Positions 30,968 through 41,086 of a DNA stretch of 64,000 nucleotides are shown in pieces. Numbering within the stretch: the stretch's first letter is position 1; each line of letters opens with the position of its first letter. The DNA is from an uncultured bacterium. GTDB lineage: Bacteria > Armatimonadota > Abditibacteriia > Abditibacteriales > Abditibacteriaceae. The position numbers were made by a program, and so were the translations under genes. The notes beneath the pieces are model-generated. The model was not told the DNA's origin, did no database searches, and saw only the letters and a list, made by a program, of their open reading frames with translations. The stretch spans positions 2,232,001 to 2,296,000 of the forward strand of contig CAWJLW010000006.1 in the NCBI GenBank assembly GCA_963843795.1, written 5' to 3'.

Positions 30968-32560
30968 TCATTCGAGGTTGTGGGTGTGCGGGCCGAGGCC
31001 AAAAACGAACTGCAAAATCGCCTGATTGTAGCTGCCGCCCAGCGGGCTATCGCCGAGTGTGAGTTGCAAGCGCGTGTAAAATTGTTCGGTGAACTGTTTG
31101 GTATAAATGAGCGAACTCGCGTTTTCGCGTGCGTTCGCGGCTTGGGGAAAGCCGGAGTTTTCATACAGCAAACCCAGATCAGCGTATTTGCTGAAGCGGT
31201 AATTGGCCAAGCTATAGTAGCCCGAAGCCGAATTAAAAACCTGTTCCAAACCATTGGATGGGCGCGAGCGGAAATACTCCGAGCGCAAAAGCAAGCGTTT
31301 GTTGGCGCCACTGAATTTGCGATAGGAAATATCCAAACCGCTCAGCGTGTTGCGCCCGCCCGCGAGTGTGTTGCCGTTGCCATCGACCGCCGAAGCGCCA
31401 CCGCGCGCATAAGACGCGCCCACTTCTAATTCTTGCTTGGGCCCCAGCGGAATGCCGCTCCACAAACGAGCGCTTTGGAAATTTCCCGAAAACGCTGCGC
31501 CCGCGCCGACTGGAAGCGTAGTGCCGAACGGATCGTTACCGATGCTGCCTGCGCCGGTGCCCTTCCAGATGCCGATATCGAGATTGGTGTAAATTTTTCC
31601 GGTCGGCAGCAAATAGCGAAACAGCGCGCCGTTTCCAGTCAAGGCTTCTCGCGACACCAAATTCTGAAACGGCAACAGTTGACGCGTATAAAGCCAAGAA
31701 TGATTGTGCTGTTCGCCGGTGCGCCCAAAGGGGACAAACTTGCGCCCAACGATAACATTGAGATTCTTCCGCACGCCGATGAAATTGAGATAGCTTTCTT
31801 CAATTTGCAGTGGTTCATCTTCACTGGGCGAGCCAACGATAAATGCTTGCGCTGCGACGTTCGGATAAACCGCGCCCTGAATTGCCAATTCGCCTTCGGT
31901 AAGACGCAGCGCGTTACGCTCTTCGTTGCGCTTATCGCTCGACAGAATACCTTTGACCTGACCGACAAAGGAAACATCGGGCAACAACAAATAATTGCGG
32001 TTGCCCGCCGCGTTGGTTTGGTTGCCGGTTTCGCCAGTTGTTGCGGCCACTTCGCTGGATGCATTCGGCGCCGAAGGAGCGTTTGGCGCGGCGGGTATGC
32101 CCGCGTTAACGTCGTCCGGCGGCGCGTCAATCGGTGGCACGACGCCAGAGGCTAAATCCGAAGTGGTCGCGGCTGGCGTGTTTGACGCAACAACACGATT
32201 GCGCTTGAGTTCTTCGACATCGCGCAGTAATTGCTCCCAAACCGCGCGCGGAATGGTGATGTTGTCGCTGTCTGCTGTGGTTGCAGAAACATTTGGCGTG
32301 GGAACAGGCGCTGCAGTAGGCGACGTTGTACCCGGTGCGGCAGGCACCGGCTGCGATGCTGGTGTTTTGGGCGTTTCGATTTTGGGAGCGTCGGGAGTGA
32401 CGGGCTGTGGGGAATTTGTTGGCGTGGTGGGGACGATAACATCGGGGATTGGGTCGTCCAAATCGTCTTGCGCATTGGCGCGCGTGTGTTGAACAATCGC
32501 CAGTGGCGACAAAGCGCACAGCGTGAGCAGCGCGCGGGCTTTGCGTGAGTAAAAACGCAT
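30968..32560 (-). CDS. Putative outer-membrane beta-barrel protein of the metal-uptake operon
   Basis: Signal peptide, Pro-rich linker, short coiled coil, then LPDVSFVG, E.ELA.Q.AV.P, IEESY, G.KFVPFGR...HNH and terminal LQFVFGLGPHTHNLE. Confidence 0.7.
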   Translation of the reverse strand: MRFYSRKARALLTLCALSPLAIVQHTRANAQDDLDDPIPDVIVPTTPTNSPQPVTPDAPKIETPKTPASQPVPAAPGTTSPTAAPVPTPNVSATTADSDNITIPRAVWEQLLRDVEELKRNRVVASNTPAATTSDLASGVVPPIDAPPDDVNAGIPAAPNAPSAPNASSEVAATTGETGNQTNAAGNRNYLLLPDVSFVGQVKGILSSDKRNEERNALRLTEGELAIQGAVYPNVAAQAFIVGSPSEDEPLQIEESYLNFIGVRKNLNVIVGRKFVPFGRTGEQHNHSWLYTRQLLPFQNLVSREALTGNGALFRYLLPTGKIYTNLDIGIWKGTGAGSIGNDPFGTTLPVGAGAAFSGNFQSARLWSGIPLGPKQELEVGASYARGGASAVDGNGNTLAGGRNTLSGLDISYRKFSGANKRLLLRSEYFRSRPSNGLEQVFNSASGYYSLANYRFSKYADLGLLYENSGFPQAANARENASSLIYTKQFTEQFYTRLQLTLGDSPLGGSYNQAILQFVFGLGPHTHNLE

Positions 32561-32714
32561 GGTTCTCCTGATTAATAATCGTCTGAGCGTCGCGTTTGTG
32601 CATTGCAAGTACTTTCAATCCACAAACGCGGCGCGACGCGACACAACCGCAAGCACATGCAAGTACTTGCGGAACGCAATTCATCACGCGGATGAACGGC
32701 AAAGTCAAAAACGA

Positions 32715-33092
32715 TTAGCAGGAGGGTGGGCCGCGCGAGCGCGAAATGGCGGATTCGCGCGATAGCAGCGCGACTGCATAGGAACGATGAACGGAAATGG
32801 CTTCCGTCACCTGGATCAGTGGCGTCGGCGCGAAAATATGGGCCTGACTGCTGTGTTGCCACTGACAAATCGCACACAACGCGTTTACAGGAGCGGTTTG
32901 GCTATCGAGCGAAACAGAAATGGCGTGCGGCGCGTGCGATGAAGAAGCAGAGGCAACAGCAACTGGCACGCCTTCCAATAAGGCGTGATGGTGCATGGCT
33001 TCGGAAAAGCCCGAAAGCCATAGCCACGGCACCAGCAATAACAGACACAGCTGTTGGCGGCGCACATCATTCATCCGTTGTTTGTTTCGCAT
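32715..33092 (-). CDS. DUF2946-like leader protein (TM-HHH, CxxC, C-terminal RGPP)
   Basis: Hydrophobic N-terminus followed by MHHH, CAICQW and SRSRGPPSC-stop; start uncertain (33074-33140). Confidence 0.75.
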   Translation of the reverse strand: MRNKQRMNDVRRQQLCLLLLVPWLWLSGFSEAMHHHALLEGVPVAVASASSSHAPHAISVSLDSQTAPVNALCAICQWQHSSQAHIFAPTPLIQVTEAISVHRSYAVALLSRESAISRSRGPPSC

Positions 33093-33163
33093 TTTGCCTT
33101 GCAGCGCGTGGAAAAACATTCCGTATCGCGCTGGGTGCAATTTGAATGAAATTTAAAAGGCGC

Positions 33164-34264
33164 TTAAAATTCGCGGTCGCTGAAAATAATTGCGGCAATC
33201 ATCAGTAAAATGGCCGAATAAACCAATCCCGAATCCCACGCGCGCCACACGTAACCAAAGCCAATCGCGGTATCTGTGACCAGTTTTTCGCGCACATCGA
33301 AGCGATCCAAACGCGGCAGCAGATAATAAACTACTTTTACCAGACCTTGCATTGGCCCAGACAGCGCGGGAGCCGCACTGCCTTCCTCGCCGCGCTCGCC
33401 CAGATTCTGCCAATACGAACTCATCTGACCGCCAAAATACACCATGAAGCAGCCGACGATGGCGGTGATGTGCGAAACCACAAGCGACAACAAAAGCGCC
33501 AGCGCCGCCATCACCATTAATTGTCCGTAATGCAAAATCAGCGCATTGGTGACATTGCCCAACACGAAGCCCATGCCAGGGCTGGGATCGGAAGGCACAG
33601 GATTCATCGCCAGCTGATAACCTTCGCGCGCGATGACAAAGCGCGCATAAGCCGCCAGGAATACAACTCCCATAGCTAACAGGCTCAGCGCCAGTGTGAG
33701 GCACAAACCCAGAAATTTGCCCAGAATGAACTCGTTGCGATTCACGGGCTTGGACAAAATTGTCAAAACCGTGCGACGCTCAACATCGGGTGGCACCAAA
33801 GCCACCCCTAAAAAAATCGCCATCAAGAGCGTGATGGTGATGATAAAGCCGAGTCCGAAATCTTGCAAAAAGCGTTCTTCATCGCCCGGCTGCAAGCTGG
33901 TGAAGGCCGAAGATGCCGCCAGAATGAGAATCGAAAAACCCAGCAACACTAGCATCCACCGCCGACGCAACGCCTCCTGCAAAGTGGTGATAGCGATAAC
34001 GCCGACGTTGGGCGTCGTCATCCACACCATGAACGCCAGCACAACGAAACCAATGTTGTCGAAAACGCCGCGCGTTTCGGGCAAACGTTCGCCACCGGGC
34101 GGCGTGCGAAAGCCATAGCGATTGAAGTAAAAAGCTAGCATCGCGATGATCAATAGCGCGATGCCCTGCCCGATGCGCCACTTGAGCGGCACCTGCATGG
34201 CCGCGCGCTCACGTGGTGTCGCCGACGTCGCAATACCGGGTGTCAAAGAAGGAGAAGCATTCAT
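33164..34264 (-). CDS. ABC-2 type permease
   Basis: IAITTLQEALRRR, DVERRTVLTILSKPVNR.EFILGKFLG, IFSDREF. Confidence 0.88.
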   Translation of the reverse strand: MNASPSLTPGIATSATPRERAAMQVPLKWRIGQGIALLIIAMLAFYFNRYGFRTPPGGERLPETRGVFDNIGFVVLAFMVWMTTPNVGVIAITTLQEALRRRWMLVLLGFSILILAASSAFTSLQPGDEERFLQDFGLGFIITITLLMAIFLGVALVPPDVERRTVLTILSKPVNRNEFILGKFLGLCLTLALSLLAMGVVFLAAYARFVIAREGYQLAMNPVPSDPSPGMGFVLGNVTNALILHYGQLMVMAALALLLSLVVSHITAIVGCFMVYFGGQMSSYWQNLGERGEEGSAAPALSGPMQGLVKVVYYLLPRLDRFDVREKLVTDTAIGFGYVWRAWDSGLVYSAILLMIAAIIFSDREF

Positions 34265-34349
34265 AGGTATTTATTTAACCACTTTTAGCGTGGTTCAATC
34301 AGGAGAATTTTTGCGAAATCCGCGCGTGCAAGTACTTGCACGCCCAAAA

Positions 34350-35940
34350 TTACGGACTTCCCGGACCCAAGGCGCGCAGGGTTAGCAAAATGCCGATGAC
34401 CGTGATAACCGCCGCGCTGCCAATTGGTAGATAACTGGTAAGCGTATTCCACCACGAAGTTTTTTCGGAATCTGAGTTTTCAAAACGACTCAACCAGCCG
34501 CGCGCCGAAACTACCATCATGCCAATCACAATTAGCACGCTCGCCAAACCCAAACTGAAAAACACGATCATCGCCAAACCATATGCAATGCGATGCAAGG
34601 CAATCGCTGAAAGCAAAACCACTAAAGCCGACGGACACGGCACAATTCCGCCCGAAACGCCCAGCGCCAACAAGGTTTTCAGCGTAATCGGTCCTTCGGG
34701 TGGCGCGTGCGTGTGACCGCCCGGCCCGTGATGATGACCATGTGCGTGTCCATCATCGTGTGAGTGATCGTGGTCATGCATATGATCGTGAGAATGATCG
34801 TGATGCGAGTGACCGCCATGGTCATGAGAATGGTTACCGTGCGAATGAACCCCGTTGCGCAAGGCAGAGGTGCGTTGCGAGAGAAGCCAGATTCCCACCG
34901 CAAAAATCATCATGCCACTAGTCGCGCCCAACATTGGAAACAAGCGTTCGGGCACGATGTAATTCGAAGCCAGAAGTGTAATCACACCCAATGCGAAAAC
35001 GCCTAGCGTATGCGTTACCGTCACGATAATGCCCAGCACAGCCGCGTGACGCAACGTGCCTCGCTGTCCGACTAGATACGCCGCCACCATTGTTTTGCCG
35101 TGTCCGGGCGAGAGCGCGTGCAAAGCGCCAAACCCAAACGCCAAAGCCAAACCAATCAACATGATGCCCGGCGTAAGTTTTTCCTGAGAAATCGCTTCGG
35201 TGAAACGCATCGTGCGGCGTATGCTTTTCCGTTCCTGCGCCCGAATTTGGTGTCAAGTTCGCCGATGCCACGCTCGGATTTTGCGCGAATGTGCTATCAG
35301 CGGTAGCAACCACGAAAGTCGCTTCAGTTCGCTGTGGTGGCACTACATCGGACGGATACTGGGTTAAATCTTTGCTTTGATCGCTCGTCGGTGCGTCCGA
35401 ATTGCTCACACCTGCCCCCGCAGCTGCGCGCACTACGACATCTTTCCACCCGGTGCGCGCAGTGAAATTGCGGTCTTCAAAGCTCACTTGCGGGCGGGAA
35501 TTGGGCGCGAAGGGCAGTTCAAAGCGCATATCAACGCGCAACGTTGGTAGATTGCCCGCGCCAGGTTTGAATTGCAACGGTTGCGCTTTGAGAGTGAGAT
35601 TTTGAGGACGATTCTCCAGCTTGATTTTCAAACCCGCGCCCCATTCTTGCGTGCGCCGGGCGAGATAAGCGGTTTTTTCGCTTTCGGTAATCTCCCCGTT
35701 GCCATCGGCGTCCATTACGGCGCGTTCGGTCACGGTGGGAATTTCGGCAAAATCGAGCAGATAGCGGCCTTCGATGCGGTCGGAATGCACGGTCAATTCC
35801 GAAAGATGATTGATCGAAAAATTGCCCATCGGGTGCGCGCGCGCCACACTGCACAGCGCGCCGAAAAACAGCACAAGCAGCGTCTGCAAGTACTTCCAGC
35901 GCTTCTGCACGCGGGTGGCTTTTAGAGAAGTCGTGTTCAT
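34350..35940 (-). CDS. RcnA/HoxN-like Ni/Co transporter with periplasmic N-domain and His-rich loop (apparent +1 frameshift near 35204)
   Basis: Signal peptide + AHPMGNFSINH; HALSPGHGKT, His-rich loop, GIVPCPSAL. The two ORFs join as HDAFTEAIS when one T is removed from TTT. Confidence 0.85.
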
Positions 35941-37280
35941 GACCATTGCGCCAGCAACGCGCGAATGCGGCGCACTGCCAACGGATGAAAATACGGATTA
36001 AATTCCAGCGCTCGCTGAAAATGCACTTTGGCCTTGGCCCGGTCGCCGCTGGCTTCAGCGATGGTACCGGCGTGATATTCCAGTAAAGCATCGCGCGTAC
36101 CTTGCTTTAGCGCGTTCTGCATCGCTTCGCGCGCTTGCGCCAGCAAACCTTTTTTGTAAGCGGCCCATGCCAACGTGTCATACGCATAAACGTCCTGTCG
36201 CTGCTCGATTTCGCCGCGCGCCAGTTGCAACGCTTCATCCAAATCACGATCATGATCGGCGTCAAACAGCGCGCGTTGACGGTCGTAAATTGTGCCCTGG
36301 GCTTTGGACAAAGTGCGCATCGCATCAATGATTTGCCATTGTTCGCGCGCTGCTTTCTCGTCGCCCCGCGCCAGGTAAATATCGCCTAATAAGGCCACGA
36401 TTTCTGGCGTAGGCACAATTTCGCTCGATTGGTTACCGAATTTCAACGCTTCGTCCCAATTTTCCTCACCGGCGTTCAAGCGCGCCAGCCCGGTAAGGCT
36501 GCGATAATCGCGCGGAAAAATGTCCAGCGCGCGCTGCCACTGCGCGCGCGCCTGTTGGGCATTGCCAACGTTGAAGAAAGCCTGCGCCAAGCGGTAATGA
36601 AACCACGCGACGGTTTCTGCAGGCCAGTCGAGCTGCGCATCGGCGGCCTTGACCGCGCGCTGCAACGCCCCAATCGCGTCTTGATTGCGTCCACCTATTT
36701 CCCATAAGCGCGCCTGCATTGCGGCCCAGTTCGGGTCACCGCCACTATAAGGAATTTTCAGCAGTGCTTTTTGAGCTTGATCGTAACGGCCCAATTCGGT
36801 CAAAACATCAACGCGCAAGCGTTGGGCGTTGACATCTCTATCGGCGATACGGTCGGCCATTTTTAGCGCTTCTTTAAAGCGATGCTGCGTGAGCAAGCTA
36901 TGGCCCAAACGATTGTAAGAGGAATTGTTAGACGGGCCAGGCAAAAGTTCTAAAGAACGACGCGTCGCTTTTTCGGCGCGTTGGGCAAAGCTGATATCGC
37001 CGGTTTCACGCATCAAGCGCGAATAGGCTTCGGCCAAATTACCCCAGCCCAGCGCGCCCGCCGGGTCTTCCTTGACGCGCGCTTCCCAAAATTGCGCCAT
37101 CGCACGCGCCTGCTGCGGGTCATAGGGCGCGCGTTGCGGCTTTGTGTTCTGCGGCGCGCTCTGCACAAGGCTAGAGACGGTTTGATATTTGGGCGCGCCC
37201 GACTGCCACAAAGCCCACGATGCACCCGTCAGCAATAGGATCGCGACCAGCGGCAAAAAGGGACGGATTTTGGCTTTCAT
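35937..37280 (-). CDS. Tetratricopeptide repeat protein, exported
   Basis: Signal/TM, multiple TPRs, HRFKEA, RQDVYAYDTLAWA, YHAG.I. Confidence 0.88.
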   Translation of the reverse strand: MKAKIRPFLPLVAILLLTGASWALWQSGAPKYQTVSSLVQSAPQNTKPQRAPYDPQQARAMAQFWEARVKEDPAGALGWGNLAEAYSRLMRETGDISFAQRAEKATRRSLELLPGPSNNSSYNRLGHSLLTQHRFKEALKMADRIADRDVNAQRLRVDVLTELGRYDQAQKALLKIPYSGGDPNWAAMQARLWEIGGRNQDAIGALQRAVKAADAQLDWPAETVAWFHYRLAQAFFNVGNAQQARAQWQRALDIFPRDYRSLTGLARLNAGEENWDEALKFGNQSSEIVPTPEIVALLGDIYLARGDEKAAREQWQIIDAMRTLSKAQGTIYDRQRALFDADHDRDLDEALQLARGEIEQRQDVYAYDTLAWAAYKKGLLAQAREAMQNALKQGTRDALLEYHAGTIAEASGDRAKAKVHFQRALEFNPYFHPLAVRRIRALLAQWS

Positions 37281-37437
37281 CAAGAATTTGACAGCGATAT
37301 CTTCGGGTTTGGAAGTGGGCAAAGCGACGCGACTTTCGATGCAACGTGCGCGATTTCAGAAATCTCATGGCGCAGAAACAAACAAACGGCGCAAGTACTT
37401 GCGAGTTCACAAGTGCTTGCGCCGTTTAAAAAGGTGC

Positions 37438-38091
37438 TTAGCGAGGTGCGCCCAGATATGGGAAGGTGCGCATAAAGCCTTTGCCACCGGAGCCAACGTT
37501 ATCCGAAGTCAACGAAGGAATCGCTTTGCCATCATCGGGCGCAAGGCCCAGTGTGGAAATTGTTTTGCCGAACACGACGCCCAAATCGGCATCGACCACG
37601 TCGTCGTCCAACTTGCGTCCACCGAATTTGCCACCGGTCGCGCCACCAGTTTCGACGCCCAGATAAGCTGCGGCGCTGTTCTGCGACAAATCGACTTTCA
37701 GCACATCAGGCACCAGAACGGCTTTGATCACGTCAGTGATGGCACGTGAACGGCCCGCCGTATTGGTCAAAAAGTTGTCGATGTCATTGGCCAATTCGCC
37801 ACTATCGCCAGTCGGCGAGATTTTGTTGTTGATTTCGTGGCGGCGATTGGAAACCGGAGCCAAGACTTCGTTGATCGCCGGACGCGCCAGACGATCTTGC
37901 TGCGTGAATTCGCTGCCAGCGCTCGGCACACTTGTCGTCATCCACACATTGATCGTTGTGGCAGGAGTCCCAGCCACCGGGCCACCCGTCGGCGAAGGAG
38001 TGGGCGTTACGCCGCCGTTGTTGTTACCGTTACAACCAGCCATGACCAGCGCGCCAGCGACGCCTACGGGCCAGAGAAATTTCATATTCAT
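37438..38091 (-). CDS. DUF4331 family lipoprotein (C-terminal half of the family fold)
   Basis: RBS AAGGAG, lipobox VMAG-C, QQDRLARPAINE, GRKLDDDVVD, FPYLGAP. Confidence 0.8.
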   Translation of the reverse strand: MNMKFLWPVGVAGALVMAGCNGNNNGGVTPTPSPTGGPVAGTPATTINVWMTTSVPSAGSEFTQQDRLARPAINEVLAPVSNRRHEINNKISPTGDSGELANDIDNFLTNTAGRSRAITDVIKAVLVPDVLKVDLSQNSAAAYLGVETGGATGGKFGGRKLDDDVVDADLGVVFGKTISTLGLAPDDGKAIPSLTSDNVGSGGKGFMRTFPYLGAPR

Positions 38092-38234
38092 GTAAAGCTC
38101 CTTAAAGCTCTCGCAAATGAAAACAACAGCTTTTGCCGTTTCATCTGCATTGTGTCGGGTCGTCAAAATACGTCGTTCGTTGTTTGAGTCGCTACGCATA
38201 GCAGCCGCTGAAAAACTGCGGCTTTTCAAATTGC

Positions 38235-38966
38235 TCAAGAAGGCAAAGTGATCGCGGTGCGGGGCATTTCAACGACAATCGACAACACGTTGAGATTGGC
38301 CAAATAATCTTTGGCCTGACCCGGCGGACGCCACGACAAACCAGTCGGCGAGTTGGGGTTGGGTGTATTGATATCGGTGCTGCGCGGCTGCGGCGGCTGA
38401 ATCGGTGTACTGCGATCCGGCAGCAGTTTGTAGAACTGTTCCAAATCGAAGAAGAACGAATCCTGACGCGGGCCAGCAAACACTTTCATACCCGCTGTCG
38501 GCGTGAACGCCACGTTGGTCTTGCCTGTCACCGCATACGGTGTTTCTTGAACCGAAGTAGTGCCAGTTTTGCTGGGCTTGACGGGACCCGAAACCTGAAC
38601 CGTCTGGTTGGGAGCGGTGCCACTGAATTTGAACTGCATCACCGAATCTTCCACATTGTCGCCAGTCGTATCAATTTTGAACTGATACAACACGTTGGGA
38701 TCGAAACCGACCGAACGCGATTGGCCAGCGGGAATCAGGCCGTGCACATTCATCACGAAGACCACATTGCGCGCATTGCTCGGAGCGGGGAACACATACA
38801 AATCGGTCAAATCAGCGCCCGAATTGCCGCCATTGTAGTTCTGTGCGGTGTCGCCGTGATCGGAACCCTGCACGCGCGGCATCTGCGTTGCGACGACGAA
38901 TGCGCCCGCAATGGCACAACCGCCCAACAGCCAACTTTTTGAAACCTTCAACTTTTTGTGAATCAT
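38235..38966 (-). CDS. DUF4331 family secreted protein (N-terminal half of the family fold)
   Basis: RBS AAGGAG, signal peptide, SDHGD, ADLTDLYVFP, FDPNVLYQFKID, FAGPRQDSFFFD, NVLSIVVEMP. Confidence 0.85.
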   Translation of the reverse strand: MIHKKLKVSKSWLLGGCAIAGAFVVATQMPRVQGSDHGDTAQNYNGGNSGADLTDLYVFPAPSNARNVVFVMNVHGLIPAGQSRSVGFDPNVLYQFKIDTTGDNVEDSVMQFKFSGTAPNQTVQVSGPVKPSKTGTTSVQETPYAVTGKTNVAFTPTAGMKVFAGPRQDSFFFDLEQFYKLLPDRSTPIQPPQPRSTDINTPNPNSPTGLSWRPPGQAKDYLANLNVLSIVVEMPRTAITLPS

Positions 38967-39326
38967 ACGATTCTCCTTTGGTTCGCCGCGCCCTAACCGA
39001 AAAATTTGCGAATTCGTTTTGGCAGAGCTACGGCCTTTCCACGTTCGTTTCCTGCTTTCAACACCCTCATTGTCAAACGAACAAGCACCACACGACATCA
39101 TTTTTCAAGAATAAAATCAGGCCGAAGAATCGCAAAAGCGAGGTCACATCCTCGAAACTCTCTTAACTCAACGCGCAACTTCATCTCCTTCCAAAAAGTA
39201 ACAGCGCGGATAACTCTTGCGAAAAATTAAAGCTGTCAATTTTCCCTCAAATAATTATACCCGTGCCGCCTATAGCAATAACAATACCTTGCACAAACGG
39301 ATATGCACTTTCTCGAAACAGTTATT

Positions 39327-39387
39327 AAATAAAAGCAATAGCCCGCAAGTACTTGCAGCGAGTACTTGCGGGCTATTGCTTTTATTT
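39327..39387. terminator. 61-bp inverted repeat with two palindrome copies, downstream of gnd
   Basis: Perfect 27-bp arms aaataaaagcaatagcccgcaagtact / agtacttgcgggctattgcttttattt with a 7-nt loop. Confidence 0.75.
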
Positions 39388-39394
39388 TCCAAAA

Positions 39395-40898
39395 TTATGC
39401 GTCGGCTGGACGCTGTTCGGATTGAAATTCGGGGTGAGGTTCGCTGCTGGGTTCGGTCGAAGGCTCGAACCATTCGGTGTGGAAGCTGCCGTCGCGGTCG
39501 GTGCGTTCGTAGGTATGCGCGCCGAAATAATCGCGTTGCGCTTGCAACAAGTTCTGCGGCAAGCGCGCCGAGCGATACGAATCAAAGTAAGCCAGCGACG
39601 CAGCCGTTGCAGGCAAGGCCACGCCATATTTCGCGCCCGTCGCCATCGCCGTGCGCCAACCGTCCTGACAGTCGGACAGAATTTCGGTAAAGAACGGATC
39701 GAGCATCAAGTTCGACAATTTGGAATCGCGCCCATAAGCTTCGGTAATGCGATCCAAGAACTTGGCACGAATGATACAGCCGCCGCGCCAGATCGCCGCG
39801 ATTTCACCCAAACTCAAATTCCATTCGAACTCGTCGCTCGCGTGGCGCATCAAGTCGAAACCCTGCGCATACGAGACAATTTTCGACGCATAAAGCGCGT
39901 TATGCACGGCTTCGATAAATGCTTCGCGGTCGCCTTCAAATTTCGGCTTTTCGGGCGCGGGCAGAATTTCCGAAGCCGCTACGCGCTCGGCTTTCATCGA
40001 GCTCACAATGCGCGCTTCTACAGCAGCGTTGATCGTCGAAACCACAACGCCCATATCAACCGCCGACTTAAATCGTCCATTTGCCGGTGCCTTTTTGCCC
40101 GGCTTTATCGAGAATCATATCGACCAGCGCGTTATCGGTTTCTTCGTCTTTGCGCGCAAAAATATCGGCGGTGATTTCGATCAGGAAAGAGTTCAATTCG
40201 CCTCCATTCCAGCGCGCGAACACATCGTGCAATTCCTTGTCGTCCATTCCCAGCACATCTTTGAGCAGCGCGTAGGCTTCGCAAATCAATTGCATATCGC
40301 CATATTCGATGCCGTTGTGCACCATTTTCACATAATGACCGGCGCCGTTGGGGCCGATATAAGTGACGCAGGGCGCGATGCGATGATCTTTGGACAGCGT
40401 ATCTTCGACTTGTGCCGAAATTTTGGTGAAGATCGGTTCGATGATTTTGTAGGCCGCCGGATCGCCGCCGGGCATAATCGACGGGCCAAGCAGCGCGCCT
40501 TCTTCGCCGCCCGAAACCCCCGCGCCGATGAACAGCAAGCCTTTTTCGGCCAATTCTTTTTCGCGCCGCATGGTGTCGGTATAAAGCGAGTTGCCGCCAT
40601 CAATGATGAGGTCGCCTTTATCCAGCAGCGGTTCAAGCTGGTCGATGACCGCATCAACGGCGGGGCCAGCTTTGACCATAATCATCACTTTGCGCGGCGT
40701 GGCCAGCGAATTGACGAACTCTTCTAGCGTGTAGCCGGGCACGATATTTTTATCTTTGGCGCGTTCGGCGGCAAACTTCTGCGTCACGGCGGTTGTGCGG
40801 TTAAAAACCGCGACTTTGAAACCTTTCGATTCCATATTGAGAACAAGATTTTCGCCCATCACGGCCAGGCCGATAAGTCCGATGTCACATTGAGTCAT
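39395..40898 (-). CDS. gnd: NADP-dependent 6-phosphogluconate dehydrogenase (apparent +1 frameshift near 40071)
   Basis: [54 protein letters not shown]. The two ORFs join as WTIKSAVDM when one T is removed. Confidence 0.96.
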
Positions 40899-41086
40899 TA
40901 CATTTCCTTTTCTGCGTTATTTGGTTTGATAAAGTGCGATGCAAGTACTTGCAGGTCACTCGCAATTTTTGGTGCGCCTTGTGGTTTATCTTATTGCAGT
41001 GCGCGTTTCCACGCCCAAAGCCTCCACAACACGTCAATTTCGATTAACATGAAACCTGTGTTGCGAAAAATCAATGGAAACGTATC

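Noticed and set aside
34720..34850. Repetitive gatcgtg/catg tract
   Set aside because: Explained by the His/Asp-rich loop of the RcnA-like transporter.
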